Below are positions 39,414-48,724 of a DNA stretch of 64,000 nt, in pieces. The stretch comes from an uncultured Gammaproteobacteria bacterium (GTDB lineage Bacteria > Patescibacteriota > Microgenomatia > Levybacterales > UBA12049): the NCBI GenBank assembly GCA_964497535.1, contig CAZCCG010000001.1, positions 2,688 to 66,687 on the forward strand, in the 5' to 3' direction. Below the pieces are notes generated by a model. That model ran no database searches, was not told the origin of the DNA, and saw only the letters and a program-made list of their open reading frames with translations. The position numbers were made by a program, and so were the translations under genes. The first letter of the stretch is position 1. Each line of letters opens with the position of its first letter.

Positions 39414-40439
39414 TTACAACAGGCCCATTTTTTCTCGGACTTCTCTGACTGTTTGTTCTGCGACTGCTCGTGCTTTTTCTGCCCCCTCTGCAATAATCTG
39501 GTCTACTCTCTTTGGATCTGCTTCCAATTCTTTTCTTATCATCTGAATTGGTCGTAGATCTGTATGTATTGCTTCTGAGAGCTCTTTTTTAACATCACCA
39601 TAGCGAATACCCGTTGATTGATATTGCTTATGGAGTTCTTTCTCTTTTTCTAGTCCTTCAAATAACCGCACAAATGTCATAAGCGTTGCAATACCAGGAG
39701 CTTCTTGCCCACTTTCATTGATAAATGTAAACCTGCTATCTGTATGATGAATACTCCCCCTCCCTGAATCTGTTGGGATTTTTGCAATTTTCTCTGCAAT
39801 CGTTTTGAGTTCATCGGTCAAGTTAATATAACTTCCCTCCACACTTTTACTCATCTTCCCAACTCCGATCAGTGATGGAATATATTCTCCTTCTGTCGCA
39901 AACCGCTTGGGTTCTGGGAAGTCTGTTCCATAATCTTGATTCATCCGTCTGGCAATTTCGCGGGCAACTTCAAGATGCGGCTCCTGGTCAATACCTACCG
40001 GAACCAGTCCTGCTTTGTATACCAGAATATCTGCTGCCATCAGGACCGGATAATTGAGAAGCGCGAGCGTCGCATGATCCGGATATTGTTTGACTTTTTC
40101 TTTGAATGTCGGCAAATGCTGCATCTTGGCTATAGTAACGACTGATGACAAATAAAATGCCAATTCTATATGTTCTGGCACATCTGATTGGAGAAATAAT
40201 ACTGACTTTTGCGGATCAAGACCTGCTGCAAGATAATCAATAATTACTTCTCGTCTATTCCGGCGAAGTTCATCAATATTATAAGGAGTAGTCACCGCAT
40301 GAACATCTGCAACCATATAAAAGGTTTCATATGTTGGATCATCTTGTAACGCAAGCATGCCTTTGAGAGCACCAAGATAATTACCAAGATGTAATCTCCC
40401 GGTTGCTCGAATACCCGATAATACTCTTTTTTTATTCAT
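39414..40439 (-). CDS. trpS: tryptophan--tRNA ligase
   Basis: HLGNY, YPVLMAADIL, VPVGIDQ, KMSKS. Confidence 0.98.
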   Translation of the reverse strand: MNKKRVLSGIRATGRLHLGNYLGALKGMLALQDDPTYETFYMVADVHAVTTPYNIDELRRNRREVIIDYLAAGLDPQKSVLFLQSDVPEHIELAFYLSSVVTIAKMQHLPTFKEKVKQYPDHATLALLNYPVLMAADILVYKAGLVPVGIDQEPHLEVAREIARRMNQDYGTDFPEPKRFATEGEYIPSLIGVGKMSKSVEGSYINLTDELKTIAEKIAKIPTDSGRGSIHHTDSRFTFINESGQEAPGIATLMTFVRLFEGLEKEKELHKQYQSTGIRYGDVKKELSEAIHTDLRPIQMIRKELEADPKRVDQIIAEGAEKARAVAEQTVREVREKMGLL

Positions 40440-40540
40440 AATTTTTGACCCCTGAGCAGATTCGAAGGACTCCTTTAGTGTAACACAAGCATTATAACTC
40501 TAGATGAGAATAGATGCTATATAAGATAGCCAAATTATAT

Positions 40541-40873
40541 TTAGCCTTGATTTTTTATGGTTTGAGGAGCAATAAATACTACTTTACGGAGTGGCATTTC
40601 ACAAATTCCTTCTTGTACGAGCTGCCCTACCACCTCGGCTTCTGGCTCATTTCCGCGTCTGCAAATCCCACGCAGTTCTACCCCAGGTACATTATGATAG
40701 ATTCCCTGTTCATCTTTACTAACATGATTTCGTGCATCAAAGGTAATTGGTCCAACGTAGACATTATCTACTGCTCTAAGCACCTCACGGGCGCGAGCTT
40801 CGTCTTCATCCCGGCAAACGAATTTAAACAACGTTATATCTGTAATCTCTCCTTCTTTCATATGGTTCACCAT
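40541..40873 (-). CDS. hypothetical ~110-aa protein downstream of the SAM riboswitch
   Basis: ORF directly after the riboswitch terminator; alternating beta/alpha pattern. Confidence 0.6.
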   Translation of the reverse strand: MVNHMKEGEITDITLFKFVCRDEDEARAREVLRAVDNVYVGPITFDARNHVSKDEQGIYHNVPGVELRGICRRGNEPEAEVVGQLVQEGICEMPLRKVVFIAPQTIKNQG

Positions 40874-40905
40874 CAATCTTTCCCAAAATTCAGGTGAGAT
40901 TCTAC

Positions 40906-40930
40906 AAAAAAACCTCTCAGCAGAGAGGTC
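40906..40930 (-). terminator. riboswitch-associated intrinsic terminator
   Basis: ACCTCTC-TGCT-GAGAGGT followed by a T-run on the minus strand. Confidence 0.8.
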
Positions 40931-40945
40931 TATGTATTATTCTAG

Positions 40946-41042
40946 CAAATCCTTCCCTGACGGGTTGGGTGTAGCACCGTGCCCTTGGCCGGTTGCTGGA
41001 TGGATCATCGAGCCAATACTCTCCCCATCTCTCACGATTTAT
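40946..41042 (-). ncRNA. SAM-I (S-box) riboswitch
   Basis: AUCnnGAG, P2 GAUGG/CCAUC with kink-turn GAG..GAUGA, GCAACC, GGUGCU, pseudoknot UUGG/CCAA, P4 CCC-GUCA-GGG, closing GAUUU. Confidence 0.85.
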
Positions 41043-41055
41043 TTAATTAATCCTA

Positions 41056-42324
41056 TTATACAAAAATCCATTGATTTTTCAAGTCGTTAAAGTTTCCCTC
41101 ACCAATTGCAGTTCTTATTTGTTCCATCAGATGGGTTAGGAAATATACATTGTGGTATGTTGCCAACCGATATGCCAATAGTTCCTGCGCTTTAAACAAA
41201 TGAGAAATATATGCGCGAGTAAAATGCTGGCAGGTATAACATTGACAACCAGGATCAATTGGCTCATTGCTTGTAGTATAAGGCGCATTGGTAATTTGCA
41301 TCGTAAAACCCTGCTTAAGAGAACCACCATTTTTTGGAGAGATATACATGTTTCCATGTCGGGCACGGCGTGTTGCTGCTACGCAATCAAATAAGTCTAT
41401 TCCCCGCTCTACTGCTTCAAACATATCGACAATTTCCCCTATACCCAGCAGATGCCGTGGTTTATCCTCTGAGAAATAGGGAACAGTCCATTCCAAAACC
41501 TGGTATAACCGTTCTTTTGTACTATATGAACCGCCAATTGAGATAGCATCAAAATGCTTGTCGGTGAATTGCGCTGATTCCTTTCTAAGATCTTCAAACA
41601 ACCCTCCATGAACTACTCCGTACATTAATTGATCCCTCCGTTTATGAACTTTCAAACTTTCAAGCCCCCACCGATTGGATCGTTCTAAAGAAAATTGTGT
41701 TTGCTCATGACCCCACAGCGGCGATTCATGGTCATCAAAAGCAACGATTAAATCTGCTCCTAATTTCTCCTGCATTTCTATTGAAGACTTTGGATCAAGA
41801 CGATGTTTGCTCCCATCCAGATGAGAATAAAATGTTACCCCATCGTGATCTATAACTGCCGGATTAATCCGCTGTGTTTTATGCATCCTAACTTCTTCAA
41901 TAGAATGCTCACTCTCGTCATTCTTTTTTCTACTTTTTTCTACTTCTTTTACTATTTCTACTTTTGTATTTACCTCTGTGAACTTCGTCAATTTCTCAGT
42001 TCCTTCTTGCGCAACTCCGAGTGAAAAGACCTGGTAGCCACCGCTATCTGTCATGATTGGTCCTTGCCAATTCATAAATGTGTGGAGACCCCCCATCTTG
42101 GCAACAGTGTCAACACCCGGACGAAGCATCAGATGATACGTATTTGCTAGTACCATCTGAACCCCGATATCCGTAAGTTCATGCGGAGAAAGGGTTTTAA
42201 CAGTTGCTTGTGTGCCAACAGGGTTAAACGTCGGAGTCAATACATCCCCATGTGGAGTTGTCAGTTTTCCAACACGAGCTTTACTCTGAGAATCTTTTTG
42301 AAGAACGTGGAACCATTTTTGCAT
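41056..42324 (-). CDS. tgt: queuine tRNA-ribosyltransferase
   Basis: LANTYHL, TDSGGYQVFSL, PRHLLGIG, DLFDC, CQCYTC, HN. Confidence 0.95.
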   Translation of the reverse strand: MQKWFHVLQKDSQSKARVGKLTTPHGDVLTPTFNPVGTQATVKTLSPHELTDIGVQMVLANTYHLMLRPGVDTVAKMGGLHTFMNWQGPIMTDSGGYQVFSLGVAQEGTEKLTKFTEVNTKVEIVKEVEKSRKKNDESEHSIEEVRMHKTQRINPAVIDHDGVTFYSHLDGSKHRLDPKSSIEMQEKLGADLIVAFDDHESPLWGHEQTQFSLERSNRWGLESLKVHKRRDQLMYGVVHGGLFEDLRKESAQFTDKHFDAISIGGSYSTKERLYQVLEWTVPYFSEDKPRHLLGIGEIVDMFEAVERGIDLFDCVAATRRARHGNMYISPKNGGSLKQGFTMQITNAPYTTSNEPIDPGCQCYTCQHFTRAYISHLFKAQELLAYRLATYHNVYFLTHLMEQIRTAIGEGNFNDLKNQWIFV

Positions 42325-42403
42325 TTGGCAATTATATCAAACTATGCCTGTGAGGATTTTAGGGAGCTGGGGAGGAGTTTTCTCCCCAGCCGGTAATGTG
42401 ATG

Positions 42404-42919
42404 CTACGTAGAAGCTCTGGATGCGCTGTTGGCTTCCATGATCGTGCGAATTTCTTGATCATAGAACGCCTTCAAGACTACCGGAGCCTCGGAAAGATAG
42501 TATGTACGCGGTGTCGAAACAGCCAAAGCTCCGGACTCCTGCTGAAGAATCGGGAGCATATAGACAGGCTCCTTCAACAACACCCTTACTATTGGTATAT
42601 TTGCCAGTTGGCAAATAATCTCTCCAATACCAGGGTACGTTCTCCTCCCATGGATATAGATGGTCAGCTCAGGCGTATAAACGAGTGTCTGTCCCTCTAT
42701 GCTCAGATTCCAGGTAACCTTCACCCCACTTTGTGGATTGATCCAAATCGATTGATCCTTTCCGGATATGCATACGTGCACTTGCTCGGATTTACTTCCC
42801 CTAATAAGAACCAACCTATCAGTTGCAGCAACGAGCTCCTCGATTTGCCTCATGCCCAGCTGTATATCTGCAGGCATATGCTTGTGTACAAACTCCTCGA
42901 GTGCACCACCACAAAGCAT
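42404..42919 (-). CDS. orphan protein (single-gene cassette)
   Basis: SD AAGGAG; followed by hairpin GCTGGGGAG...CTCCCCAGC (~42366-42390). Confidence 0.6.
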   Translation of the reverse strand: MLCGGALEEFVHKHMPADIQLGMRQIEELVAATDRLVLIRGSKSEQVHVCISGKDQSIWINPQSGVKVTWNLSIEGQTLVYTPELTIYIHGRRTYPGIGEIICQLANIPIVRVLLKEPVYMLPILQQESGALAVSTPRTYYLSEAPVVLKAFYDQEIRTIMEANSASRAST

Positions 42920-43005
42920 GACTTATACTCCTTGTAGCTATTGTGTTGTACTCCGCCGTCTGCGAAGTTACGCTGAAGTATAATGATAAGAAATTATATT
43001 GTCAA

Positions 43006-44406
43006 TTATTCCTGAGGTGAATACTGAAGATTGAGGACTTCTTTTTTGAATTCAACTCCGCGCTCTTTGTAGTTTTTGAACATATCAAAGCTGGTACAGG
43101 CAGGACTGAGGAGCACCACATCGCCTGATTCTGCTATATCATAAGCATCCAATACAATCTCTTTCATGCTTTTGGCACCTTCTATTACCTGGATTCGGGA
43201 GGGAATATAGCCGATTGCTTCTTTAATTGTTGGCCACTCCAATCCTACTCCGATGATGGCTTTGATATTGAGTTGGGAATGAATCAGCTCTGCCAGACCC
43301 CTAAAGTCGCTTTTCTTGCTTGCCCCCCCTAAAATCAAAATCTCAGGCTCTGTGAAGGCCTCTATTGCTGCCATTGCCGTCTCAGGAGTTGTCGAGAAGG
43401 AATCATCATAATATCTCGCACCATTGACTTGGGCGACCAGTTCCAGCCGATGTTCAAGCCCTTTAAAGGAACGCAGGACCGAAACAATGGTGTTTTTGGA
43501 AACACCTACCAGTGTTGCAGCCATAGTTGCTGCGCAAACATTTTCCAGATTATGCCCTCCCGGAAGCAAAATTTCTTCAATTGGAAGAATGGAATCCTGT
43601 TTGCCATCTCTATTGACTACCACTGTCTTATCTTTTATAAAACAGCCTTGCTCTAGTTCCCTCTCCCGGCTGACATAGTAAACTTGACCTTGGGTGTAAA
43701 TATCCGATTCGTTTGCAGCGGGATAATCGCGATTAATAACAGCAAAATCGTCGGGAGTTTGGAACCGCAAGATGTTACGCTTGGCATCGATATACTCTTC
43801 TACTGTTTCGTGGTAGTTGCCTTTGTGGAAATCTTCCAGGTGTTCTTGGGTCACCATCAGCATTACGGCAATCTGGGGACTGAGAGTGACATCTTGGAGC
43901 TGAAAACTGGAGAGTTCCAAAACAACAATTGATCGATCATCTAATGTGTCCAAAAACTCGAAAGGAGGCCGTCCAATATTGCCACCCAAATAGGCTTTTT
44001 TTGCGTCAAGCTTGAGCATTTCGTAGATTAACGATGACGTTGTTCCCTTTCCTTTTGTGCCCGTAACACCAATAATTGGGCACGGACAAAGCTCGAAAAA
44101 AAGCTGAGTCTGGGAAGTTATCTCCACTCCCTGCTTTTTAGCCTCAACAAATTCGTTACCAAGCTTCACTCCGGGGCTTCGCAGAACTAGATCAAACTCT
44201 GTCAGATGCTCCAAATAGTCTTCCCCACCCACTAGCTTAATAGCTGTATATCCTAATCTCTTTACATCTTCTTCTAGTTCCTCGGGTGATCGTCTATCCA
44301 GTACAGTAACATCGGCTCCCTGCTTCAAAAGATAGTCAACCGAAGCTTTTCCTTCCACCCCAAATCCAACTATTGCTACTTTTTTCCCTTTAAAATCTCG
44401 TTTCAT
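43006..44406 (-). CDS. murD: UDP-N-acetylmuramoyl-L-alanine--D-glutamate ligase
   Basis: GVTGTKGKGTT, LELSSFQL, GLEHRLE, LLSPACTSFDMF. Confidence 0.96.
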   Translation of the reverse strand: MKRDFKGKKVAIVGFGVEGKASVDYLLKQGADVTVLDRRSPEELEEDVKRLGYTAIKLVGGEDYLEHLTEFDLVLRSPGVKLGNEFVEAKKQGVEITSQTQLFFELCPCPIIGVTGTKGKGTTSSLIYEMLKLDAKKAYLGGNIGRPPFEFLDTLDDRSIVVLELSSFQLQDVTLSPQIAVMLMVTQEHLEDFHKGNYHETVEEYIDAKRNILRFQTPDDFAVINRDYPAANESDIYTQGQVYYVSRERELEQGCFIKDKTVVVNRDGKQDSILPIEEILLPGGHNLENVCAATMAATLVGVSKNTIVSVLRSFKGLEHRLELVAQVNGARYYDDSFSTTPETAMAAIEAFTEPEILILGGASKKSDFRGLAELIHSQLNIKAIIGVGLEWPTIKEAIGYIPSRIQVIEGAKSMKEIVLDAYDIAESGDVVLLSPACTSFDMFKNYKERGVEFKKEVLNLQYSPQE

Positions 44407-45206
44407 AGTTCTATAGAAGAAACTTCTTGTATCTTACTATCCAAGAGCTTTGGAAGCAACTGATGGATACGCTTCTCAAAGACATCTTTGTCTCCTGTAG
44501 TATAAAAAGTATAGTGAGGGTGTTCTTCCGTTCTAAGCTCATTTCGTGTTTCTAGTATGCGCTTCACCTGCCTGCCAATTGCAGCACCTGAATCAAGAAT
44601 CTGAACATCTGAACCCAAAACACGCTGAATACTGTCTCGCAGAAACGGGAAATGAGTGCAGCCTAAGGCAATAACATCTACATTTTTTCTAATCAAGGGT
44701 GCTAAGACGCCTACAAGAGTCGCTTCAAGTACCGCACCGTTGAGTTCTCCCCGCTCTACAAACGGCACGAGTTCATCAGTCCCTACTGTTATGACCTCAG
44801 AACCCTTGGCAAATTGCTCAATAAGACGCTGTTGATACTTGCTTTTGGCAGTGCCTACGGTTGAAAGAATACCGATCTTTTTGTTGTGAGTCACTCTTGC
44901 TGCTGTTTTAACAACCGGAACTGTACCAACGAGTGGAATATCTGGAAAGTCACGACGCAACCTTTCAAGGGAAGTAGTACTTGCAGTATTACATGCTATG
45001 ACAATGAGTTTCACCTGTTTTGTACGCAAAAAGGAAATAATACCTTTGGATAAGGCATAAATCTGCTCATCTGTCTTATTGCCATAGGGAGCATGTGCCC
45101 AATCGCCTACATAGATTATTGATTCCTGCGGTAATAGATTTTTGATTTCTTCCAAAACTGATAGTCCTCCCACGCCTGAATCAAATATACCAATTTGGTG
45201 CTGCAT
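44403..45206 (-). CDS. murI: glutamate racemase
   Basis: FDSGVGGLSV, PYG, ACNTA, LGCTHF. Confidence 0.97.
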   Translation of the reverse strand: MQHQIGIFDSGVGGLSVLEEIKNLLPQESIIYVGDWAHAPYGNKTDEQIYALSKGIISFLRTKQVKLIVIACNTASTTSLERLRRDFPDIPLVGTVPVVKTAARVTHNKKIGILSTVGTAKSKYQQRLIEQFAKGSEVITVGTDELVPFVERGELNGAVLEATLVGVLAPLIRKNVDVIALGCTHFPFLRDSIQRVLGSDVQILDSGAAIGRQVKRILETRNELRTEEHPHYTFYTTGDKDVFEKRIHQLLPKLLDSKIQEVSSIEL

Positions 45207-45251
45207 ACTCTTATTCTACCCTATCCATGCCACAACAGACTCCTGTTGAGT

Positions 45252-45280
45252 TTGACCAAAGCTAATTCAGTTGGTATAAT
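45252..45280 (+). promoter_or_regulatory. sigma70 promoter of the tRNA-Met gene
   Basis: TTGACC-17 bp-TATAAT with extended TG. Confidence 0.8.
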
Positions 45281-45292
45281 GGCTTTCTAACA

Positions 45293-45362
45293 TGCGGGGA
45301 AGTGTAGTGGTGCACAAAGGGCTCATAATCCTTTAGGCTAGGTTCGACTCTTAGCCCCGCAA
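45293..45362 (+). tRNA. tRNA-Met(CAT), probably initiator
   Basis: cloverleaf TGCGGGG/CCCCGCA, anticodon loop CTCATAA, stem AAGGG/TCCTT, GTTCGA; CCA not encoded. Confidence 0.9.
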
Positions 45363-45378
45363 CTCAGGTCATTAAAGA

Positions 45379-45404
45379 AAAAAACCACTTTAGGTGGTTT
45401 TTTG
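45379..45404 (+). terminator. intrinsic terminator after the tRNA
   Basis: AAAACCAC-TTTAG-GTGGTTTTTT. Confidence 0.8.
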
Positions 45405-45610
45405 TTGGAAAAATATCTACCCAACCACAAAATAAAGCTACTTATAATAAACAAGTAGCTTTATTGCAAATAATAGACCATATTTTATTTCTACTCTCTT
45501 TTTTTTAACATTGGGTAAGAATCCTTGTATGCTTGCGTAAGAAAATACCCAAGTAGCCCCATATGGCTTGACAAATATAGGCCTAGAGTGATACACTTAT
45601 CTTTTCTGAT

Positions 45611-46393
45611 ATGCAAAACCCCCGAATAGTTGTTATTGCCGACTATGGTACCGGTGACCCGGCTTTTACCGAAGTAGTACTGCAGCTTGGCAAGCTTATT
45701 CCGCAGGCTACCATTCTTCCCCAATCCACTCCCCCTTTTAGTACGGTAAATACCGGTTTCTGGATCTATCAACTGGCCTTAACCAAAGACCTTAAAAATA
45801 CCTATATTTTTTCCAATACCGCTCCCCGCAAAGACGATACGAATGCACAAACCAACAACAAGGGAGAAAAACTCATGTATGCCAAGCTTACGAACGGATT
45901 TGAAATAATGGCAGTAAATGCCGGTTTTGTATTTTCTTTTGTAAAACCGTATATTGCGGAGTTTAAACAGGTTGAAGTAGCCAATGAAGGGTCACAATTC
46001 CGATCCCGGGATTTCTACCCTACCGCTGTTGCCCAAATGGTAGCACAAAACCCCGTATACCAGGGTCAAACGTGCAATCTAGGGGATATTCCTCATGTTC
46101 CCCAAAGTGTTATTGCTTCTATAGATGGATATGGCAATATAAAGACCACGATCCGAAGCTCAACAATAGCTCTTACTCCAGGACAGCATGTCCAAGTTGC
46201 TATCGGCTCACATATCCAAGAGGCAATCTACACAGATGGAGTCTTTAATATTGCAGCCGGACAATTGGCTTTTGCTCCCGGCTCCTCAGGACATGATGAT
46301 AAATTTATGGAGTTATTTGTACGGGGAAAAAGCGCTTACAAGCTATTTGAAGGGCCTTCTGTCGAACAGGAAATCAAGATAACTCCCCGTTAA
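45611..46393 (+). CDS. SAM hydroxide adenosyltransferase / SAM-dependent halogenase-like (DUF62) protein
   Basis: IADYGTGD, FRSRD, IDGYGNIKT, GSSG..MEL. Confidence 0.8.
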   Translation: MQNPRIVVIADYGTGDPAFTEVVLQLGKLIPQATILPQSTPPFSTVNTGFWIYQLALTKDLKNTYIFSNTAPRKDDTNAQTNNKGEKLMYAKLTNGFEIMAVNAGFVFSFVKPYIAEFKQVEVANEGSQFRSRDFYPTAVAQMVAQNPVYQGQTCNLGDIPHVPQSVIASIDGYGNIKTTIRSSTIALTPGQHVQVAIGSHIQEAIYTDGVFNIAAGQLAFAPGSSGHDDKFMELFVRGKSAYKLFEGPSVEQEIKITPR

Positions 46394-46740
46394 TTACCGA
46401 AAAAAAGCGTCGCCCACTGTTGCCAGACCGGCACATTGGGATCAGATCCCTTCAGATCAATGCTATCCCCCGACGGTGTTGCCACCGGCAGTAAAATTTC
46501 TTCCTCATTAGGTTTGATCAAAAGAAGCTTATTACGCGCCTGTTCTTCGATAAAATGAGGAGTTTGTGCATAAGAAATCTGTGCTTTGAGCCTCATGTTG
46601 TCTTGTTTTTGGAAATCAAGCTGCTTTTGGGCCTCAATAACTAAATTCTTCTTTTGCCAGAGGGTTATAATAGAACTAATTAGACTATTGCTGATAATAA
46701 GTGCCGCAATTAGGAGAAGAAAAAACAGTACTTTTTTCAT
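46390..46740 (-). CDS. septum formation initiator (FtsB/DivIC-like)
   Basis: N-terminal TM, coiled coil, FIEEQARNKL..KPNE. Confidence 0.85.
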   Translation of the reverse strand: MKKVLFFLLLIAALIISNSLISSIITLWQKKNLVIEAQKQLDFQKQDNMRLKAQISYAQTPHFIEEQARNKLLLIKPNEEEILLPVATPSGDSIDLKGSDPNVPVWQQWATLFFGN

Positions 46741-46825
46741 AGGATTTTCACATTCAGCTATTTAGCCTCTAGATATTTCCAAAAACATATGTTACAATAC
46801 ATTCTATTATAGGACTAGAGCTACT

Positions 46826-47686
46826 ATGAAGCAAATCGGATTACGGGATGCCCACCATGCATTTAAAGATTTTTTAAAGGAAAAAAAGCACTCAACATCT
46901 ACCATTGTAGCATATGGCAAAGACATCGAGCAGCTTGTTTCTTTTTTGGGTGAACTTGAAAAACATCAGGTTCATGAAGTGTCCAGAGAAGACCTGGAAG
47001 CTTTTTTGGGCAAACTTTCTGGAGAAGGCTATACTCCAAAGTCACTTTCCCGCAAAATTAACTCAACTCGAACCTTTTATCGATTCCTCAAGGTAAACGA
47101 ATACCTTACCGACGACCCGTCACTTCTGATCGAACATCCTAAATATGAACTTACTCCCCCACGAATTCTGACCCCAACCGAATATAGAGCACTCCGAGAC
47201 GCAGCCCGCAATGATCCCAGAATGTTTGCTATTATTGAGCTGTTACTCCAAACCGGAATCAGAATTGGAGAATTGGCTAATTTAAGAATGTCAGATATCC
47301 AAAAAGATATGCTGCGCATCCGACCCTACGAAAAACATGAAGAAAGAACAGTTCCTCTCAACAGATCAGCCAAAGAAGCCCTCACTAGATACCTCTCTAT
47401 CCGCCCGGAAGTCAAAGAAGAAAGAATTTTTGTCACCAAATCAGGCAAACCGTTTTTGGTCAGAAACATCAGAACCGCAGTAGAACGATATTTCCGACTT
47501 GCTGAGATCAAAACAGCCAAGGTAAATGATCTACGACACACCTTTGTCGCCCATCACTTGAAACATGGAGTATCCCTTATCCTTCTCTCAAAGATACTCG
47601 GACACAAGAGACTTTCTACCACTGAACGATATCTCGAATACGTGAAAGATAGGGCTAAAGAAACCGCTACATTAACAGAATTATAA
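46826..47686 (+). CDS. XerC/D-type tyrosine recombinase
   Basis: TIVAY..D, TGIRIGEL, DLRHTF, LGH...TTERY. Confidence 0.93.
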   Translation: MKQIGLRDAHHAFKDFLKEKKHSTSTIVAYGKDIEQLVSFLGELEKHQVHEVSREDLEAFLGKLSGEGYTPKSLSRKINSTRTFYRFLKVNEYLTDDPSLLIEHPKYELTPPRILTPTEYRALRDAARNDPRMFAIIELLLQTGIRIGELANLRMSDIQKDMLRIRPYEKHEERTVPLNRSAKEALTRYLSIRPEVKEERIFVTKSGKPFLVRNIRTAVERYFRLAEIKTAKVNDLRHTFVAHHLKHGVSLILLSKILGHKRLSTTERYLEYVKDRAKETATLTEL

Positions 47687-47729
47687 TTTTTATAATAGTT
47701 ATAAAGATTATAACTATTATATCCTTCCC

Positions 47730-48443
47730 CTACGGCAATAAAATCCTGATGAAGTTCTCAGCGTAGGTATACCCTTTTTGCTTGCCAATATCCATTGCTC
47801 GATTCCTTACTCGCTCTTCTATTTTTTTAAAGTCCTCAAACTGGCTTTTGTGTCGACGTAGTGTTTCAATTTTCTTCTCCATAGTATGGGTAATATCCAC
47901 AACCGTATCTATCTTTTCAAAGCTGGTGAGCCATAATTCTTTTACTTTGTGCGGCTTAAGGCCTTCTTTCTCATGTTCCAAGAAAGTGAGTCGGTCTCGA
48001 GCCAGTGGAAATACCGCATCGAGTGTTGCCAAGGCAGCTGCCCGATGGTCAGTGTGATTCACCATACCGCTGCCTGAAAGCAGTGAATTTGTCGAATAAT
48101 AGTAGGTCGGATCCATAGTCATGACGATATCTGGTTTCAAGGTTCGGATCAGCCGTACGATTTCTTCTTTGAGTACCTGATCAGCAACCAGTTCTGTATC
48201 AGGATGGGTCAGAAAAAAACACTGTTTGACGCCTAATACTTTATTTGCATCTTTCTGTTCTTGTTGCCGTAGCGTAATCAGCTTCTGATGAGTCATATGA
48301 GGATCTGAAGAACCCTTGGAACCGTTTGTACATAAAAGATAATATGCAGTTGCTCCCTCCCCGATCCATTTGGCAATCGTCCCTGACGCGCCAAAATCAG
48401 TATCATCCGGATGCGCACCAACCGCCAAAATTACTTTATTCAT
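47730..48443 (-). CDS. PIG-L/LmbE family deacetylase
   Basis: AHPDD, R..EQ, NHTDH, HKSQ. Confidence 0.92.
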   Translation of the reverse strand: MNKVILAVGAHPDDTDFGASGTIAKWIGEGATAYYLLCTNGSKGSSDPHMTHQKLITLRQQEQKDANKVLGVKQCFFLTHPDTELVADQVLKEEIVRLIRTLKPDIVMTMDPTYYYSTNSLLSGSGMVNHTDHRAAALATLDAVFPLARDRLTFLEHEKEGLKPHKVKELWLTSFEKIDTVVDITHTMEKKIETLRRHKSQFEDFKKIEERVRNRAMDIGKQKGYTYAENFIRILLP

Positions 48444-48463
48444 AGTATCTCTTCTCTCAACTG

Positions 48464-48534
48464 TAGGCCCAGAGGGAATCGGACCCCCGTCAAGTGTGTA
48501 TAAGACACCCGCTCTACCATTGAGCTATGGGCCT
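48464..48534 (-). tRNA. tRNA-Ile(TAT)
   Basis: AGGCCCA/TGGGCCT acceptor, GCTC/GAGC D-stem, GGTGT-CTTATAC-ACACT anticodon arm, T-loop TCCGATT. Confidence 0.88.
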
Positions 48535-48582
48535 GGGAACTACGTAATTTTACCAGAGAGAGCTCAAGGAGACAAGCCAGGA

Positions 48583-48715
48583 CTCGGTTACCAGTTCTCT
48601 GTTTTCTGTCATCAGATAGAAGTTCGTCAGTTTTCGGTACTTCAGTTTTAACAGATTAACTGAGAACAGATAAACCCGCATCTGATAACTGACAACCAAA
48701 AACCGATAACTGAAG
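48583..48715. repeat. family A heptamer inverted-repeat element, copy 2
   Basis: TCGGTTACCAGTTCTCTGTTTTCTG...CTGATAACTGACAACCAAAAACCGATAACTGAA. Confidence 0.75.
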
Positions 48716-48724
48716 TTTCTATTC

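Noticed and set aside
42344-42937. 197-aa plus-strand ORF
   Set aside because: Antisense to the SD-led, hairpin-terminated minus-strand ORF at 42404-42919.
45431-45465. 13-bp AT-rich inverted repeat after the tRNA terminator
   Set aside because: Single copy with no further support; may be a second terminator or an operator.
47692-47720. 12-bp inverted repeat after xer as a dif site
   Set aside because: Spacing is not 11-6-11; it lies between convergent genes and is better explained as a terminator.
46826-48534. integrase plus tRNA as a genomic-island boundary
   Set aside because: The recombinase is short and XerC/D-like, its neighbours are housekeeping genes, and no duplicated tRNA 3' end was found.
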